64,000 nucleotides of DNA from Octopus sinensis (Eukaryota): positions 32,922,001-32,986,000 of the forward strand of contig NC_042997.1 of NCBI RefSeq assembly GCF_006345805.1, in the 5' to 3' direction. This document shows, piece after piece, positions 1 through 13,889 of this stretch; the stretch's first letter is position 1; each line of letters begins with the position of its first letter. The translations under genes and the position numbers were made by a program. The notes below the pieces were generated by a model. It was given only the letters and a program-made list of their open reading frames with translations, ran no database searches and was not told the origin of the DNA.

Positions 1-92
1 ATATACTGGCAGTTTTTTTTAAACATATTATAACCATAACTTATAAACAAACATGTCGTGCCCCTGAGCACTGGCAGTTTCTTTTCAAACAT

Positions 93-256
93 GCGCAGGA
101 GTGGCTGTGTGGTAAGTAGCTTGCTAACCAGCCACATGGTTCTGGGTTCAGTCCCACTGCGTGGCATCTTGGGCAAGTGTCTTCTGCTATAGCCCCGGGC
201 CGACCAATGCCTTGTGAGTGGATTTGGTAGACGGAAACTGAAAGAAGCCTGTCGTA

Positions 257-303
<47 letters not shown>

Positions 304-503
304 TTGTGTGTTTGTCCCCCTAGCATTGTTTGACAACCGATGCTGGTGTGTTTACGTCCCCACCACTTAGCGGTTCGGCAAAAAGAGACCGATAGAATAA
401 GTACTGGGCTTACAAAGAATAAGTCCCGGGGTCGATTTGCTCGACTAAAGGCGGTGCTCCAGCATGGCCGCAGTCAGATGACTGAAACAAGTAAAAGAGT
501 AAA
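93..503 (+). mobile_element. SINE family A (tRNA-like head, internal (TA)n(TG)n, CR1-like 3' tail)
   Basis: A-box-like TGGCTGTGTGG, B-box-like GGTTCAGTCCC, tail GGCGGTGCTCCAGCATGGCCGCAGTC..ACTGAAACAAGTAAAAGAG; more than 12 related copies in the window. Confidence 0.92.
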
Positions 504-510
504 CAAACGT

Positions 511-560
511 TATGGTGCACCTGAGCACTGTATACAATAATTTCATTATTATTATTATTA
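511..560 (+). mobile_element. 3' terminal fragment of CR1-like LINE
   Basis: GTGCACCTGAGCACTGTA..(ATT)n matches the terminus of the LINE at 36978-37970. Confidence 0.7.
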
Positions 561-1173
561 TATCAATATATTGTTGTTTAGATCCAGGTCAATCCTGAAT
601 GAAAAGACATGTGAAAAATGACTATTATACATGTCCTTACCATTTAAGGCAGTATGATGTGATTTGAAGGAAAGGTGACTGCTGTTTCTAGTGGGGCAAA
701 TGATTACATAATGACTTTGTTGGTTTGTTACTCAATATTTAAGAGGTTGTGGACTAGTAGAGAGATGAACAAAATGCTTTGTATTTAGGCATATTCCTTT
801 ATGTCATAAGCTCATATACCTTTCATTCCTCCAGATTCAATAACATAAGTACTACTCAAAGTAGTATTTATGTACTTGATAATGTAAGTGCTATAGGTTC
901 ACTAAAGTAATTATCATAAATTTGATAAAATAAGTACTATAAGGATGATATAATCATCTGTGTCTCTTTTCCAAGAGCTGTGATTTTGTGTCTACAACAG
1001 AAATCAGTATTTGTAAGAAATGGCACGTGTAACATATTATATTTTACTAGGGGTATCTATGTGTGTCATGAATTCATAAAAGTATAATTGAGGGCTTTAG
1101 AAAATCCATACTAATGCTTGAGCCTACTGAAAAATATTATATTGGTAATCATACACAGGTATGATTAATAAAG

Positions 1174-1406
1174 AAAGACGACGAGCTGGCAGAACCGTTA
1201 GCACGCCGGGCAAAATGCTTAGCGGTATGTCGTCTGTCGTTACGTTGTGAGTTCAAATTCCGCCGAGGTCGACTTTGCCTTTCATCCTTTCGGGGTCGAT
1301 AAATTAAGTACCAGTTACGCACTGGGGTCAATGTAATCGACTTAATACCTATGTCTGTCCTTGTTTGTCCCCTCTATGTTTAGCCCCTTGTGGGTAATAA
1401 AGAAAT
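1174..1406 (+). mobile_element. SINE family B with 17-bp TSD
   Basis: GAGCTGGCAGAA head, GAGTTCAAATTCC B box, core GCCTTTCATCCTTTCGGGGTCGATAAA; TSD AGGTATGATTAATAAAG at 1157-1173 and 1407-1423. Confidence 0.93.
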
Positions 1407-1552
1407 AGGTATGATTAATAAAGTTAGGCAATAGTTTTCTACATTTCTTTCTCACAATACACCAGAAGGGTCTGCTGGTAACAACACATTTTCCCAAACT
1501 CTTTAATTATTTTCTTTCTTATATTTGATAAGAGAAATTTTTCCCAAAATGC

Positions 1553-1838
1553 TGGTGGCACATAAAAAGCTCCATCCATCCATCCGTGGCCGTTTGCCAG
1601 CCCCGTCTGGCACCTGTGCGGGTGGCACGTAAAAAGCACCCACTACACTCACGGAGTGGTTGGCGTTAGGAAGGGCATCCAGCCGTAGAAACACTGCCAG
1701 ATCAGACTGGGCCTGATACAGCCTTCTGGCTTCCCAGACCCCAGTTGAACCGTCCAACCCATGCTAGCATGGAAAGCGGACGCTAAATGATGATGATGAT
1801 GATAATGATGAGGATGATGATGATGATGATGATGATGA
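1553..1838 (+). mobile_element. RTE LINE 3' end / RTE-tail short element with (GAT)n tail
   Basis: GGTTGGCGTTAGGAAGGGCATCCAGC...GGACGCTAAA(TGA)n is homologous to the 3' UTR of the RTE at 46905-50310. Confidence 0.85.
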
Positions 1839-2647
1839 AACAACCTACATAAAGGGATACAATTTTTTCTTTGTCTTCATTTATTGACATCACTTCACTT
1901 TTTTTTGTCCATCTCCTGATCTCAATCGTTCAAAGATTTAAAAAAAATTTATATAGTTTCTTTCAAAGTTTTTAATCTTAAAAATAGCTTGTTTTTTTTT
2001 AAACTCTCCATGGAAAGTATGTTATTAATTTTTCAGTTGATCTCCAGTGTACTCCAAAGTAAAATAGATTAAGAACTGCTATCTTAGGAGGATGAAATTT
2101 AATATTGATATCTTACATCAACACAAATTTACAATTTTGTTGGGGAGATGTGTTGTAGATAAAATTAAATCTCTCTCTTCCAATTACTTATTTTATTGAT
2201 CTAAAGTGATTTTTAAGAAATTTTCTATAGCTTCATTGCACATATAACATGAACTGAAAGAGAAGCCAATAGGATAGCCAAGCAAGTTCTAATGTGACCA
2301 TCAATGGAATACTGCTTCCAGGTCTGAATGATACGGCTAATGTACATATTAAGATCCTATCTGGCTTATTGTACGGAATCACTCATCAGCACATTTCAAC
2401 CTCTGGCACATAAACATGCTGTCTCTTCACCTTTTCTATTACTACTACAGTGACCTCTGCAGCTCAAAGTGGACTTTCTCTATGTCACCTCAGCATAACT
2501 CATTTGACTTTTCTCTTGCTACCCATATTGTGTCCACCCATTTAAGTTATACACAAGACACTTGGGAATTCCCTACTTCAGGGATCCCCAACTAACAGGC
2601 CATAAATCATGTAACACAAAACTGCACAGAAAGAATAAATTTTGTTT

Positions 2648-4210
2648 GCCGGGCGAAATGCGTAGCCGTATTTCGTCTACCGTTACGTTCTGAGTTCAAA
2701 TTCCGCCGAGGTCGACTTTGCCTTTCATCCTTTCAGGGTCGATAAATTAAGTACCAGTTACGCACTGGGGTCGATGTAATCGACTTAATACCTTTGTCTG
2801 TCCTTGTTTAGCCCCTTGTGGGCAGTAAAGAAATATATTTTATCGACTACTACAGTCTGCAGAGTGTTTTTTGCATTACATATGTATAATATATGTAATA
2901 ATTAAATTATGTGAAGGCACATGGCTTAGTGGTTAGGGTAATTGACTCATGACTGCAAGGTTGTGAGTTCAATTCCTGGTGGTATGTTGTGTCCTTGAGC
3001 AAAACACTTTATTTCACATTGCTCCAGTCCACTCAGCTAGCAAAGATGAGCTGTACCTCTAATTTCAAGGGTTGGCTTTGTCACATTCTGTGTCCTGTTG
3101 AATGGCCCTGAGAACTACATTAAGGGTTTGTGTGTCTGTGGAGTGCTCAGCCACTTGCACGTTAATTTCATGAGCATGATGTTCTGTTGATCGTATCAGG
3201 TGGGACCATTGTTATTGTAACCAACGGAGTGCCAGTTGTGTCATAATTAAACTATATATATTATATTATATATATTATATTATATATATTATGCTCGGGC
3301 GGCAAGCTGGCAGAATTGTTAGCACATCGGGCGAAATGCTCAGCAGTATTTCGTCTGTCGCTACGTTCTGTGTTCAAATTCCGCCGAGGTCGACTTTGCC
3401 TTTCATCCTTTCAGGGTCGATAAATTAAGTACCAGTTACGCACTGGGGTCGATGTAATCGACTTAATACCTTTGTCTGTCCTTGTTTAGCCCCTTGTGGG
3501 CAGTAAGAAATATATTTTATCGACTACTACAGTCTGCAGAGTGTTTTTTTGCATTACATATGTATAATATATGTAATAATTAAATTATGTGAAGGCACAT
3601 GGCTTAGTGGTTAGGGTAATTGACTCATGACTGCAAGGTTGTGAGTTCAATTCTTGGTGGTATGTTGTGTCCTTGAGCAAAACACTTTATTTCACATTGC
3701 TCCAGTCCACTCAGCTAGCAAAGATGAGCTGTACCTCTAATTTCAAGGGTTGGCTTTGTCACATTCTGTGTCCTGTTGAATGGCCCTGAGAACTACATTA
3801 AGGGTTTGTGTGTCTGTGGAGTGCTCAGCCACTTGCACGTTAATTTCATGAGCATGATGTTCTGTTGATCGTATCAGGTGGGACCCTTGTTATTGTAACC
3901 AACGGAGTGCCAGTTGTGTCATAATTAAACTATATATATATATTATATATATTATATATATTATATATATTATGCTCGGGCGGCAAGCTGGCAGAATTGT
4001 TAGCACATCGGGCGAAATGCTCATCAGTATTTCGTCTGTCGCTACGTTCTGTGTTCAAATTCCGCCGAGGTCGACTTTGCCTTTCATCCTTCCGGGGTTG
4101 ATAAAGAAAGAACCAGTTATGCACTGGGGTCGATTTAATCGACTCAATCGCTTTGTCTGTCCTTGTTTGTCCCCTCTATGTTTAGCCCCTTGTGGGCAAT
4201 AAAGAAATAT
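2648..4210 (+). repeat. Tandem duplication, 678-bp period, of a SINE-B + spacer + SINE-C-like unit (about 2.3 units)
   Basis: GAAGGCACATGGCTTAG at 2913 and 3591; TCATAATTAAAC at 3241 and 3919; the non-SINE spacer is also duplicated. Confidence 0.92.
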
Positions 4211-4694
4211 ATATATATTATGCACTTTATTGTGTGCTTTGTTACGCATGTGATCCCTTGGTCTGTGGTGCCAAACAGGTCTGAGATTTCTGCACTACTT
4301 AACCATGTTTTTCATACAGTTGTCACCTTACAATTATTATAGAAACAACTTGCAATTATTATATAAAACTAGCTATTATTATATAAAAACCATCACCCAC
4401 GTCACCCTCTTCTGTTTCCCAATTTAACACCACCTCCTCTTCCTTGAGTACCTTTCACTGGGTCTCCAGTCTGAGAGTTACTTCCTCCCTTCCACCCATT
4501 AATCTAGAACAGTGATGACAAATCTGTATTATACATATCAACAGTGACATGCCACAGGTTTTATAGGTGACATGTGATGGATTTGGTGAGGAGAAAAATC
4601 TCTCTGCAATGTGAGGTTATAAAAAGCCTTGCCTTCCAACCAGTCAGTCTGGGTTTTGCTCCCAGCTGATGCAGGTATTAGCATTTAGTAAGTG

Positions 4695-4854
4695 CAGGTG
4701 TGAGTTTGTGGCATGAGAAGTTTGCTTCCCAAATATGTGGTTTTAGGTTCAGTTCCACTGTGCAGAACCTTTGGCAAGTACCTTTTACCATAGACCTTGG
4801 CCAACCAAAGCCTTGTAAATAGGTTTGGTAAATGGAATCTGAAAGAAGCCCATG

Positions 4855-4885
<31 letters not shown>

Positions 4886-5380
4886 TGTATGTATGTGTAT
4901 GTATGTATGTGTATTTTGTATGTATGTGTGTATGTATGTATGTGTGTGTGTATGTATGTGTATGTATGTATGTATGTGTGTGTGTGTATGTATGTGTATT
5001 TTGTATGTATGTGTATTTTATATGTATGTGTGTGTGTATGTATGTATGTATGTATGTATGTATGTATGTATGTATGTGTTTATGTATGTGTGTATGTATG
5101 TTTGTATGTATGTATGTATGTATGTACGTATGTATGTGTGTGTGTATTTATGTAGCTATGTATCTATGTGTGTGTGTCTTTCTGTTTGTTTTTGCTCCCC
5201 ATCACCGCTTGACAACCAGTCTTGGTTTGTTTACGGCCGCATAACTTAGAAGTTTCACACAAGAGACCAATAGAATAAGTACCAGACTTTAAAAAAAAGT
5301 ACAGGTCTCAATTCGTTTGATTAAACCCTTCAAGGTATTGCCTCAGCATAGCCACAGTTCAGTGATTGAAACAAGTAAAA
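4695..5380 (+). mobile_element. Degenerate SINE-A relative with expanded (TATG)n/(TG)n at 4855-5178
   Basis: Diverged head and tail homologous to SINE-A around a ~320-bp microsatellite. Confidence 0.75.
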
Positions 5381-5531
5381 GAAAAGGTAAATTAGATATA
5401 AGGAACCCTCCAATTACAGGAGTATTAAGGAAATTAAAATTCCAACACAATGGGTTAAAAAAAGTTCGCCATTTTTGGATCGGAAGGTATTGAAAATGGG
5501 TCATGAGAACTACCTGTCTCCCTTTTTTAAG

Positions 5532-5564
<33 letters not shown>

Positions 5565-5822
5565 GTTTAATGTCCGCTTTCTATGCTAGCATGGGTTGGA
5601 CGGTTCAACTGGGGTCTGGGAAGCCAGAAGGCTGCGCCAGTCCCAGTCTTATCTGGCAATGTTTCTACAGCTGGATGCCCTTCCTAATGCTGACCACTCC
5701 GTGAGTGTAGTGGGTGCTTTTTATGTGCCACCTGCACAGGTGCCAGACGAGGCTGGCAAATGGCCACGATCGGATGGTGCTTTTTACATGCCACCGGCAC
5801 GGGGGCCAGACGAGGCTGGCAA
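5532..5822 (-). mobile_element. RTE 3' tail element
   Basis: (CAT)n followed by the reverse complement of the 1553-1838 sequence. Confidence 0.85.
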
Positions 5823-5854
5823 CATATAAAATGATAATTCCTATTCCTGCAGGC

Positions 5855-6080
5855 TCGTGTGTGTCGGTGCCACATTAAAAGCACCAGTGCCACTGCTGCA
5901 TAAAAGCGCTTAGTACACTCTGTGGAGTGGTTGGTGATAGGAAGGGCATCCAGCTGTACAAACCATGCCAAAACAGACGTGGAACCTGGATGACTCTTCA
6001 GCTGACCAGCTTCTGTCAAGCCTTCTAACCCATGCCAACATGGGAAAATGGATGTTACATGATGATGACGATGATGACGA
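5855..6080 (+). mobile_element. Older RTE 3' tail element
   Basis: GTGGTTGGTGATAGGAAGGGCATCCAGC...GGATGTTACATGATGATG. Confidence 0.75.
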
Positions 6081-7035
6081 AAATAAAATGTTGGGGTGCA
6101 GAGGTCATAGAAATATCAAGCCTGACATTCTATCATCTTGACTATCTCTGTCACGGAGATTATTTCAGTGATAAAGACCTCTATGCTATTAAGTTGTGTA
6201 GAAATAGCTTTATACAAGATTTGTCAAATGCTTTGTTCCAAAGAAAATTGCTTTACTTTGCTAAAAGTCAATGTCTTTGAACAAAAATTATGCTAAAAGT
6301 TAAATTTATACAGTTCAAAGTTCAAAGTTTTGAAAAATGTAATAACGATGTTTTTTTGCTCTCGTCTGTCAATATTTCTTGTTCTGTCTGAAGTTCAAAT
6401 AGCTAGCTCCAATTTTCTAAGTCAACATATTTCAAAATGAAGCAATCAATGAACTAGTTAAAGTTGAGTCAATGGGAAAGCTTCTATGTGGATGTTCAAT
6501 CTTCTAGAAATAGCAGCCAGATCCTCCTCAAATCACAGCTTACTGTCTTTTTTAATAAGAAAAAAAAAAGCACATTGGATAATGTAGTCAGGTTGATTCA
6601 ATTGATTTTATTCCTACTTTGCAAATTTTTGGATTTGTGCCCAATGCTTTTGTGATGATACTCTTAATGCAATACACTGCTCATGTATTTTGATTAATTT
6701 GAAAATACCAAAGTAATGAATTACTCTCTCATTATCAATCTAGAGAAAGTTAGACAGCAGTAAAGGTCTTCAGGGAAGTGTATTCCATTCATACAAGTGT
6801 TTTGGTTCTTAAATTCTTACACTGTAAGATGGCCAGGCTACACCCAGGTCATAACCACTAGATATGTCATTACTGCTACCAGATTTGGAGCTTTTACAAA
6901 TTCCTTGTCTGAATCAACAGTGTGGATATCCTTGGCATTTTGGTTTAACTCCAGACCTAATTTGTTTGGCATCCTACCTGCTAGTGCAGTGCACTGCTGC
7001 TTGTTCATAAAAGTCTTCATGCATCTCCTTTTACA

Positions 7036-7482
7036 CTTTGGCATCTAAACCAGCCATATCCAGTCCAAATATTCTCCTTGCTTCAAGTTCAAACTGGCTA
7101 GGTCCAACCTCTCACACCTACCCTACAATGTCATTCTACTAATAAACAATCATATCATAGAAATCTTGAAGCTACTAGATAATGCATAATTAATTCAAAA
7201 CAATGGGATTGAGTAAGCATTACATTTGACAGAGCAATCTGTGTGGATCGTCATGTTATGCTTCCTTATGACAAAAGATTTTAGTTTAACCTTTTAACAT
7301 TTAGATTACTCTGTCAAATGTAATGCTTATCTATTTACATTATATTGAATTACTCCTGCATTATCCCATGTGACTGTTAATTTCTAGAATCATATTGTAG
7401 GGTAGATGTAACAATATCTGGCTGGTTCGCATGAAAAGCGAGTAGAATATCTGTGTCGGATATGGTCAGTTTAAAATATGCT
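7036..7482. mobile_element. Two decayed copies of a ~200-bp MITE-like repeat in inverted orientation
   Basis: TAAGCATTACATTTGACAGAGCAATCT (about 7214-7240) is mirrored by AGATTACTCTGTCAAATGTAATGCTTA (about 7303-7329); homology continues outward. Confidence 0.65.
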
Positions 7483-7783
7483 AACATCATACCAAAGCAG
7501 AAAACATAGCTTCAGGTAGATTAGTATCTATCAAAAAGGGTTTGGTAGAAAGACAAAAATGGAAATAAAAAATGGATGAAGGTGACAGGGTTAATTGATC
7601 GGTGTTTGTTGGTGACCAGGACATTGTCCTTTACCATCCCACCTTATGAACTCTAGACTTTTTGAAAGGTCAGAAAATAAGGAAATATTCTATGCTGTGC
7701 AGAAATGATAGATAGAAACAGTGTGTTAAAAAATACAGTGTTACTTTTGAATTGCATTCTGTTCATGTATAAATAAACACATC

Positions 7784-8000
<217 letters not shown>

Positions 8001-8206
8001 TAGATATGTGTCTGAGTGAATAAGCTAAGTGTGTGAATAGTTTATTCATTGGTTCAAACATCATGTGAGCATTAATGTGGAACAGGAAACTTAGGTTAAC
8101 AAAAGAGGAATTTGTTAGTGTCAAATAAATTAACTTTGTTATGTGTATTAAGTCTTGTTACTTTTTCATCTGTACGTAGAAATACATACATACATACATA
8201 CCTTTG

Positions 8207-8463
8207 TGCCCGTGGACATATGGCGTAGTGGTTAAGAGCGCGGGCTACTAACCCCAAGATTCCGAGTTCAATTCCAGGCAGTGACCTTGAGAATAATAAT
8301 AATAATAACAACATAAAAAATTACCTTAGGAATGAGAACCCAGGTTCAAAATTTCCCCTAGACACCTGATGAAGGCTGGAGGGTACATCAGCCGAAACGT
8401 TGTGTTAACAACAAACAAGATGAGGACAAATATCCGTCAAATATAAATAATGTAAATAATGTA
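8207..8463 (+). mobile_element. Short element with tRNA-like Pol III head and 3' minimal hammerhead ribozyme motif
   Basis: A box TGGCGTAGTGG 8221-8231, B box GAGTTCAATTCC 8264-8275, hammerhead at 8361-8406; rearranged second copy at about 62485-62639. Confidence 0.75.
8361..8406 (+). ncRNA. Minimal type I hammerhead ribozyme motif
   Basis: Stem I GACAC/GTGTT; core CTGATGA 8366-8372; stem II GGCTG/CAGCC; GAAAC 8394-8398; palindromic AACGTT stem III; GUU cleavage triplet. Confidence 0.75.
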
Positions 8464-8591
8464 GATCTGATATTGTTCTGTGGGATAGAGAACAAAAGTC
8501 ATGCACTGTTGTAGAGGTCAGCTGCCCAGCAGATGTGAATGTACAATAAGGTACAAGAAAAAAAAAATCATGGTGAATTCATGCAGAAATT

Positions 8592-8760
8592 GTGGAGGCA
8601 CATGGCCAAGAGGTTAAAGCAGTGGACCTGCGGTTGAGGGATCATGGGTTCAAATCTTAGACCGGGCAATTTGTGTGTTTATGAGTGAAACACCTAAAGC
8701 TCCAGCAGAAAGTAATGGTGAACTTCTGCTGACTCTTTCGCCACAACTTTATCCAGCCTT
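8592..8760 (+). mobile_element. Truncated degenerate SINE-C
   Basis: GTGGAGGCACATGGCC...GAAACACCTAAAGCTCCA matches the 38663 copy. Confidence 0.7.
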
Positions 8761-8761
8761 A

Positions 8762-9375
8762 TTTTCCATTTCATGTGGAAAACGAAAAAGTCGATTAGCT
8801 CAAGACTGGAGATGAATATGCCTGTTGCAATTCATTTCACTCTTGTCTTCCATACTACCTCTTTCGCCACAGCAACTACTGAGAGAAAACAGGCTTGCTC
8901 CTCCCTATTCAGGGAGGTCGGCGGAACTATCTTAATTACAGATTCGCTCGACAGTTGTACTCTTCTCGAATGCAACAGCAGGTGTTCGACATAAGCCCAG
9001 AGTTCAGTCACCTTGGGGCATTGCACAATCGTGTGCAGGACAGTTTCACTGTCCTGCTCGCATCTTGCACAAACCAGTGAAGGCACACACCCATGTCTAA
9101 AGAGCTTATCTTGAACAAGTAAAGCTCCTCTGTAACATTGCCAGGCCAGGGACTTTTGGTAATTATCCATAGGCCCCGGCCCGAATGTTCTTTGGAACAG
9201 GTTGGCCAGTTGATCTTCGTCGAAGCCTAGGGTTTCTCCCAGGACGTCGTCATGCTTAAACTCTACTAACCCTCTATAGAAGAATGAAGTAGTATCCCTG
9301 CCACCAGCATTGCCTGACTGGGAGAGAAGCACGAGTGCCTGATGACACTCTGCATGCCACACGCCCAACCTCGGT
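8762..9375 (-). mobile_element. L1/Tx1-clade LINE ORF2 C-terminal fragment (zf-RVT zinc knuckle)
   Basis: ORF 8832-9368: AWQCYRGAL...CARCEQDSETVLHTIVQCP...AKEVVWKTR, a CCHC motif typical of L1/Tx1 ORF2 ends. Confidence 0.8.
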
Positions 9376-10624
9376 CTACACTTGATTCATGAGTTCAGTT
9401 TGGTAAACGATGGTAAATGATGTGAACTGTGGAAATAACAGCTTGATGAACGGAGACCACACCTGCTCACTGTACAGGTGGCAAAGCAACAGGTGAGAAG
9501 AGAGAGAGAGAGAGAGAGAGGTGAAAACTTCGTTGTGGACTATCTGACACTTACTGTCTGTCTGCCTCTCTCTCTCTCTAGGTATGTGTTTGTGTATGTG
9601 TGTGCATGTATGTGTATGTTTGTATGCACTGGATCTCTCTCGGCAAAGCAGCAAACCAAAAAATTGCACCAGCCAGCATCACCGCTACCTCCAAGCCCAT
9701 CATATATATGTATGTATAATCGTGCGGGTGTTAAACGAAAATTTTATCAAAGAGGGTAATAGAATAAGCACCAGGCTTACAGGGAATAAGTCCAGGGGTA
9801 AATTTCTTCGAATAAAGGGTGGTGCTCTAGCATGGCCACCGTCAAATGACTGAAATAAGTAAAAGAATAAAAGAATACCAGAAAAACGTTCCGTACCATT
9901 AAACCAAGAAGGTTTTTTGAATATGCACAATGTATTATTCTAAGGTTTGTAGGCAACCTTATTTGAATCCAGTGCCGTGATGTTTTAATGAGAGTCATCT
10001 ACAGTGATCATTCCCTGTCATATCGTTAGTAACTAGGTGGTGCTTGTTACATAGCTATAAAATATGTGCACAGACAGGTAACATCCTCTTTCTCTCACAC
10101 ACTGCCTGCAGCTAGCCGCGGTTTCTCCATCTCTGTTCCTGCTATAAGACAACTTCTCGTTTATTGAATATGTGTATCACATATTTCCACTTTTTATAGC
10201 CTCGAGATTCACCTTTACTTATAAAAACCTGTTGTCCTAATTACCTGACAGGTTGTGTGAATGACAAGTGAAAATGTCATCCCCATAGACCCAGCAACAA
10301 TGTGGTGCCATCAAACAAAAGTTTCAGGGGTGGGGGTGCAACCAACTCAATAAATAAGGCCTTTTTTGGATTTGGCTCACCGAGTAGTAGAGTGAACATC
10401 CATCCAACAGCTGAGTGTGCAAGACACCCCTAGTTTTTCTTTAGACATCTCTCTAGAAGAGGGAAATTACCAAATAACACCTGTCTGATTGCTAAGCCAG
10501 AAATATTGCTCTTGCTTGTCTCTGGACTACTGAGCTTTGTAGGTGAGAGTTTTAGCAGTGTTGTGCAAACTGTTATTGACATTGAATTTCAGCACAAACG
10601 TTTCTGACAGCTATTGTTTACTCT

Positions 10625-10755
10625 CTCTTTTTTACTCTTTTACTTGTTTCAGTCATTTGACTGCGGCCATGCTGGAGCACCGCCTTTAATCGAGCAACTC
10701 GACCCTGGGACTTATTCTATCGGTCTCTTTTGCCGAACCGCTAAGTAACGGGGAC
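10625..10755 (-). mobile_element. SINE-A 3' portion followed by (TA)n
   Basis: TTTTACTTGTTTCAGTCATTTGACTGCGGCCATGCTGGAGCACCGCC. Confidence 0.85.
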
Positions 10756-10819
<64 letters not shown>

Positions 10820-10934
10820 TATATATATACACACATATATATACAGGGAGAATTCACGCCAAAAAACAAAAGATGAAGACAGGTGGTGTAGAAAACAAAC
10901 AGATGTATTAGTATAATGCTTGGGAATTGAAAAA

Positions 10935-10975
10935 GTCTTTAACATTTCGAGCCTACGCTCTTCCACAGAAAGAGA
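10935..10975 (-). ncRNA. Degenerate minimal hammerhead-like motif inside a ~190-bp insert (10845-11035)
   Basis: Minus strand: TCTTT-CTGTGGA-A-GAGC-GTAG-GCTC-GAAAT-GTT-AAAGA; stems I and II intact, two core deviations. Confidence 0.45.
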
Positions 10976-11040
10976 CACAGAAAGAAACAAAGAGAGAAAA
11001 AAAATGTGTGTAGTGGCTACCGATCTATCGTGGTGTATAT

Positions 11041-11072
<32 letters not shown>

Positions 11073-11077
11073 GACAC

Positions 11078-11445
11078 CATCATCATCATAATCATCATCA
11101 TCATCATCATTCTTTAACATCCATTTTCCATGGTATAGGTTTGGCAGTTTGACTAGAGCTGGCAAGCCGGAGAGCTGCATCAGGTTCCAATCTGATTTGG
11201 CTTGGTTTCCACTGCTGGATGGTCTTTTTAATGCCAACCACTTTACACTGTATGGGTGCCTTTAACATGGCACTGCCACAAACTCTTTTATGTGGCACCA
11301 GAACTAGTGCTTTTTATGTGGTACTGGCACAGGACTCTTGCAAGCCAATCCTCTTCACCAGGCGATGCAGCTTTCACACTTCTGCTGTGGAGGACAGGTC
11401 TTCTTGAGTACAGCAATGCACCAGGTATTTCAGTCCTTTGTCATA
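11078..11445 (-). mobile_element. RTE 3' UTR/tail fragment
   Basis: (CAT)n TTTAACATCCATTTTCCATG...CTGGATG homology to the other RTE tails. Confidence 0.7.
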
Positions 11446-12527
<1,082 letters not shown>

Positions 12528-12772
12528 CATCATCATCATCATCATTCAATGTCCACTTTTCCATGCTTCCATGATTACATGGGTTAGACAGAATTTGTTG
12601 AGGCAGATTTTCTATCTTTGAATGCCTTACTTGTTGCTGCCCTTCACCTATTTCCAAGCACAGAAATCTTTCCCCATGGCCAGACGTTTTTGCAGAATAT
12701 TCGGAATGAATGACACTAGCTGTATGCTGGTGACATTCACAACTACCACACAAGGCCAAGACAAAGAAACAT

Positions 12773-13076
12773 ACTCACACACACTCACACACACACACAC
12801 ACACAACACACACATACACACACACACACACTACACACACACACACACACACACAACACACACACACACACACTACACACTCACACACACACACACACAC
12901 ACCACACATACACACTCACACACAACACACATACACACACACACACCACACACACATACACACACACCACACACACATACACACTCACACACACACACAT
13001 ACACACTCACACACAACACACATACACACACACACACACACACACATACACACACACACACACATACACACACACT

Positions 13077-13120
<44 letters not shown>

Positions 13121-13149
13121 ACATACACACACATACACTCGCACACACA
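12773..13149. repeat. Imperfect (CA)n array
   Basis: Seen directly. Confidence 0.97.
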
Positions 13150-13889
13150 ATAGTCTTCTTTCAGCTTTTGTCTATCAAATCCTTTCACAAAGCTCTGGTC
13201 AGCCCAGGGCTATAGTTGAAGACACCTGGCTAAGCTGTTACATACTGTGTCTTCTACGATAGACATAGAACCCTTTCACACTTCATTATAATATTATTTT
13301 ATTTTGCATTTCATTATAACATTGTAATATCGATTTCAAATTTAGGCACAAGGCCAGCAATTCTGGGGAAGTTGATAAGTCAATCAAATTGACCTCAGTG
13401 TTCAGCTGGTACTTATTTTATCAAGCTTGAAAGGATGAAAGGCAAAGTCGACCTCAGAGGAATCATTATAGCATTATAATATTAATTGTAGTTAATTACA
13501 TCAAAATCAGTATATTATTATTAGTAGTAATTATTTCTTTAACCTGGATGATGAAAGGCAAAATTAAGACTGATGTCAGATGACTACAGAAACATGAATC
13601 ATTGAACTAAAATAAAACTAGTTTGACTGAATGTTATCTACACCAATCAATAGTTTATCAAGCTAAATTTGTTTAACAATAACAATGTTATAAGGTTACA
13701 GCAGGAAATGTATCAGGACATGAAATGTAAATGCCAGACTAGACTACTTTATGCGCAACTCTGTTGTCTCCCGAGACAAAAAGGATACCAACCAACACTT
13801 GTTGTAGTAAATGTAAACAGTTTTTTATACTTACCTTAGGACACAGTCTGTACATTGTTCAATAGGACAATTATAAATTTATTTTTTTT

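Noticed and set aside
340-540. Recurring short ORFs such as RQKETDRISTG, CPRCHAVGLNPEP and RKDERQSRPRRN
   Set aside because: Chance frames in SINE-A and SINE-B copies; disrupted differently in each copy
2290-2600. Possible retroviral aspartyl protease remnant (VTINGILLPGLNDT)
   Set aside because: Motif too degenerate and no supporting gag/RT or LTR nearby
4797-5249. MYVC-repeat ORFs (also 15204-15513) and HT/CV-repeat ORFs (12622-13215, 19753-20260)
   Set aside because: Microsatellite translations
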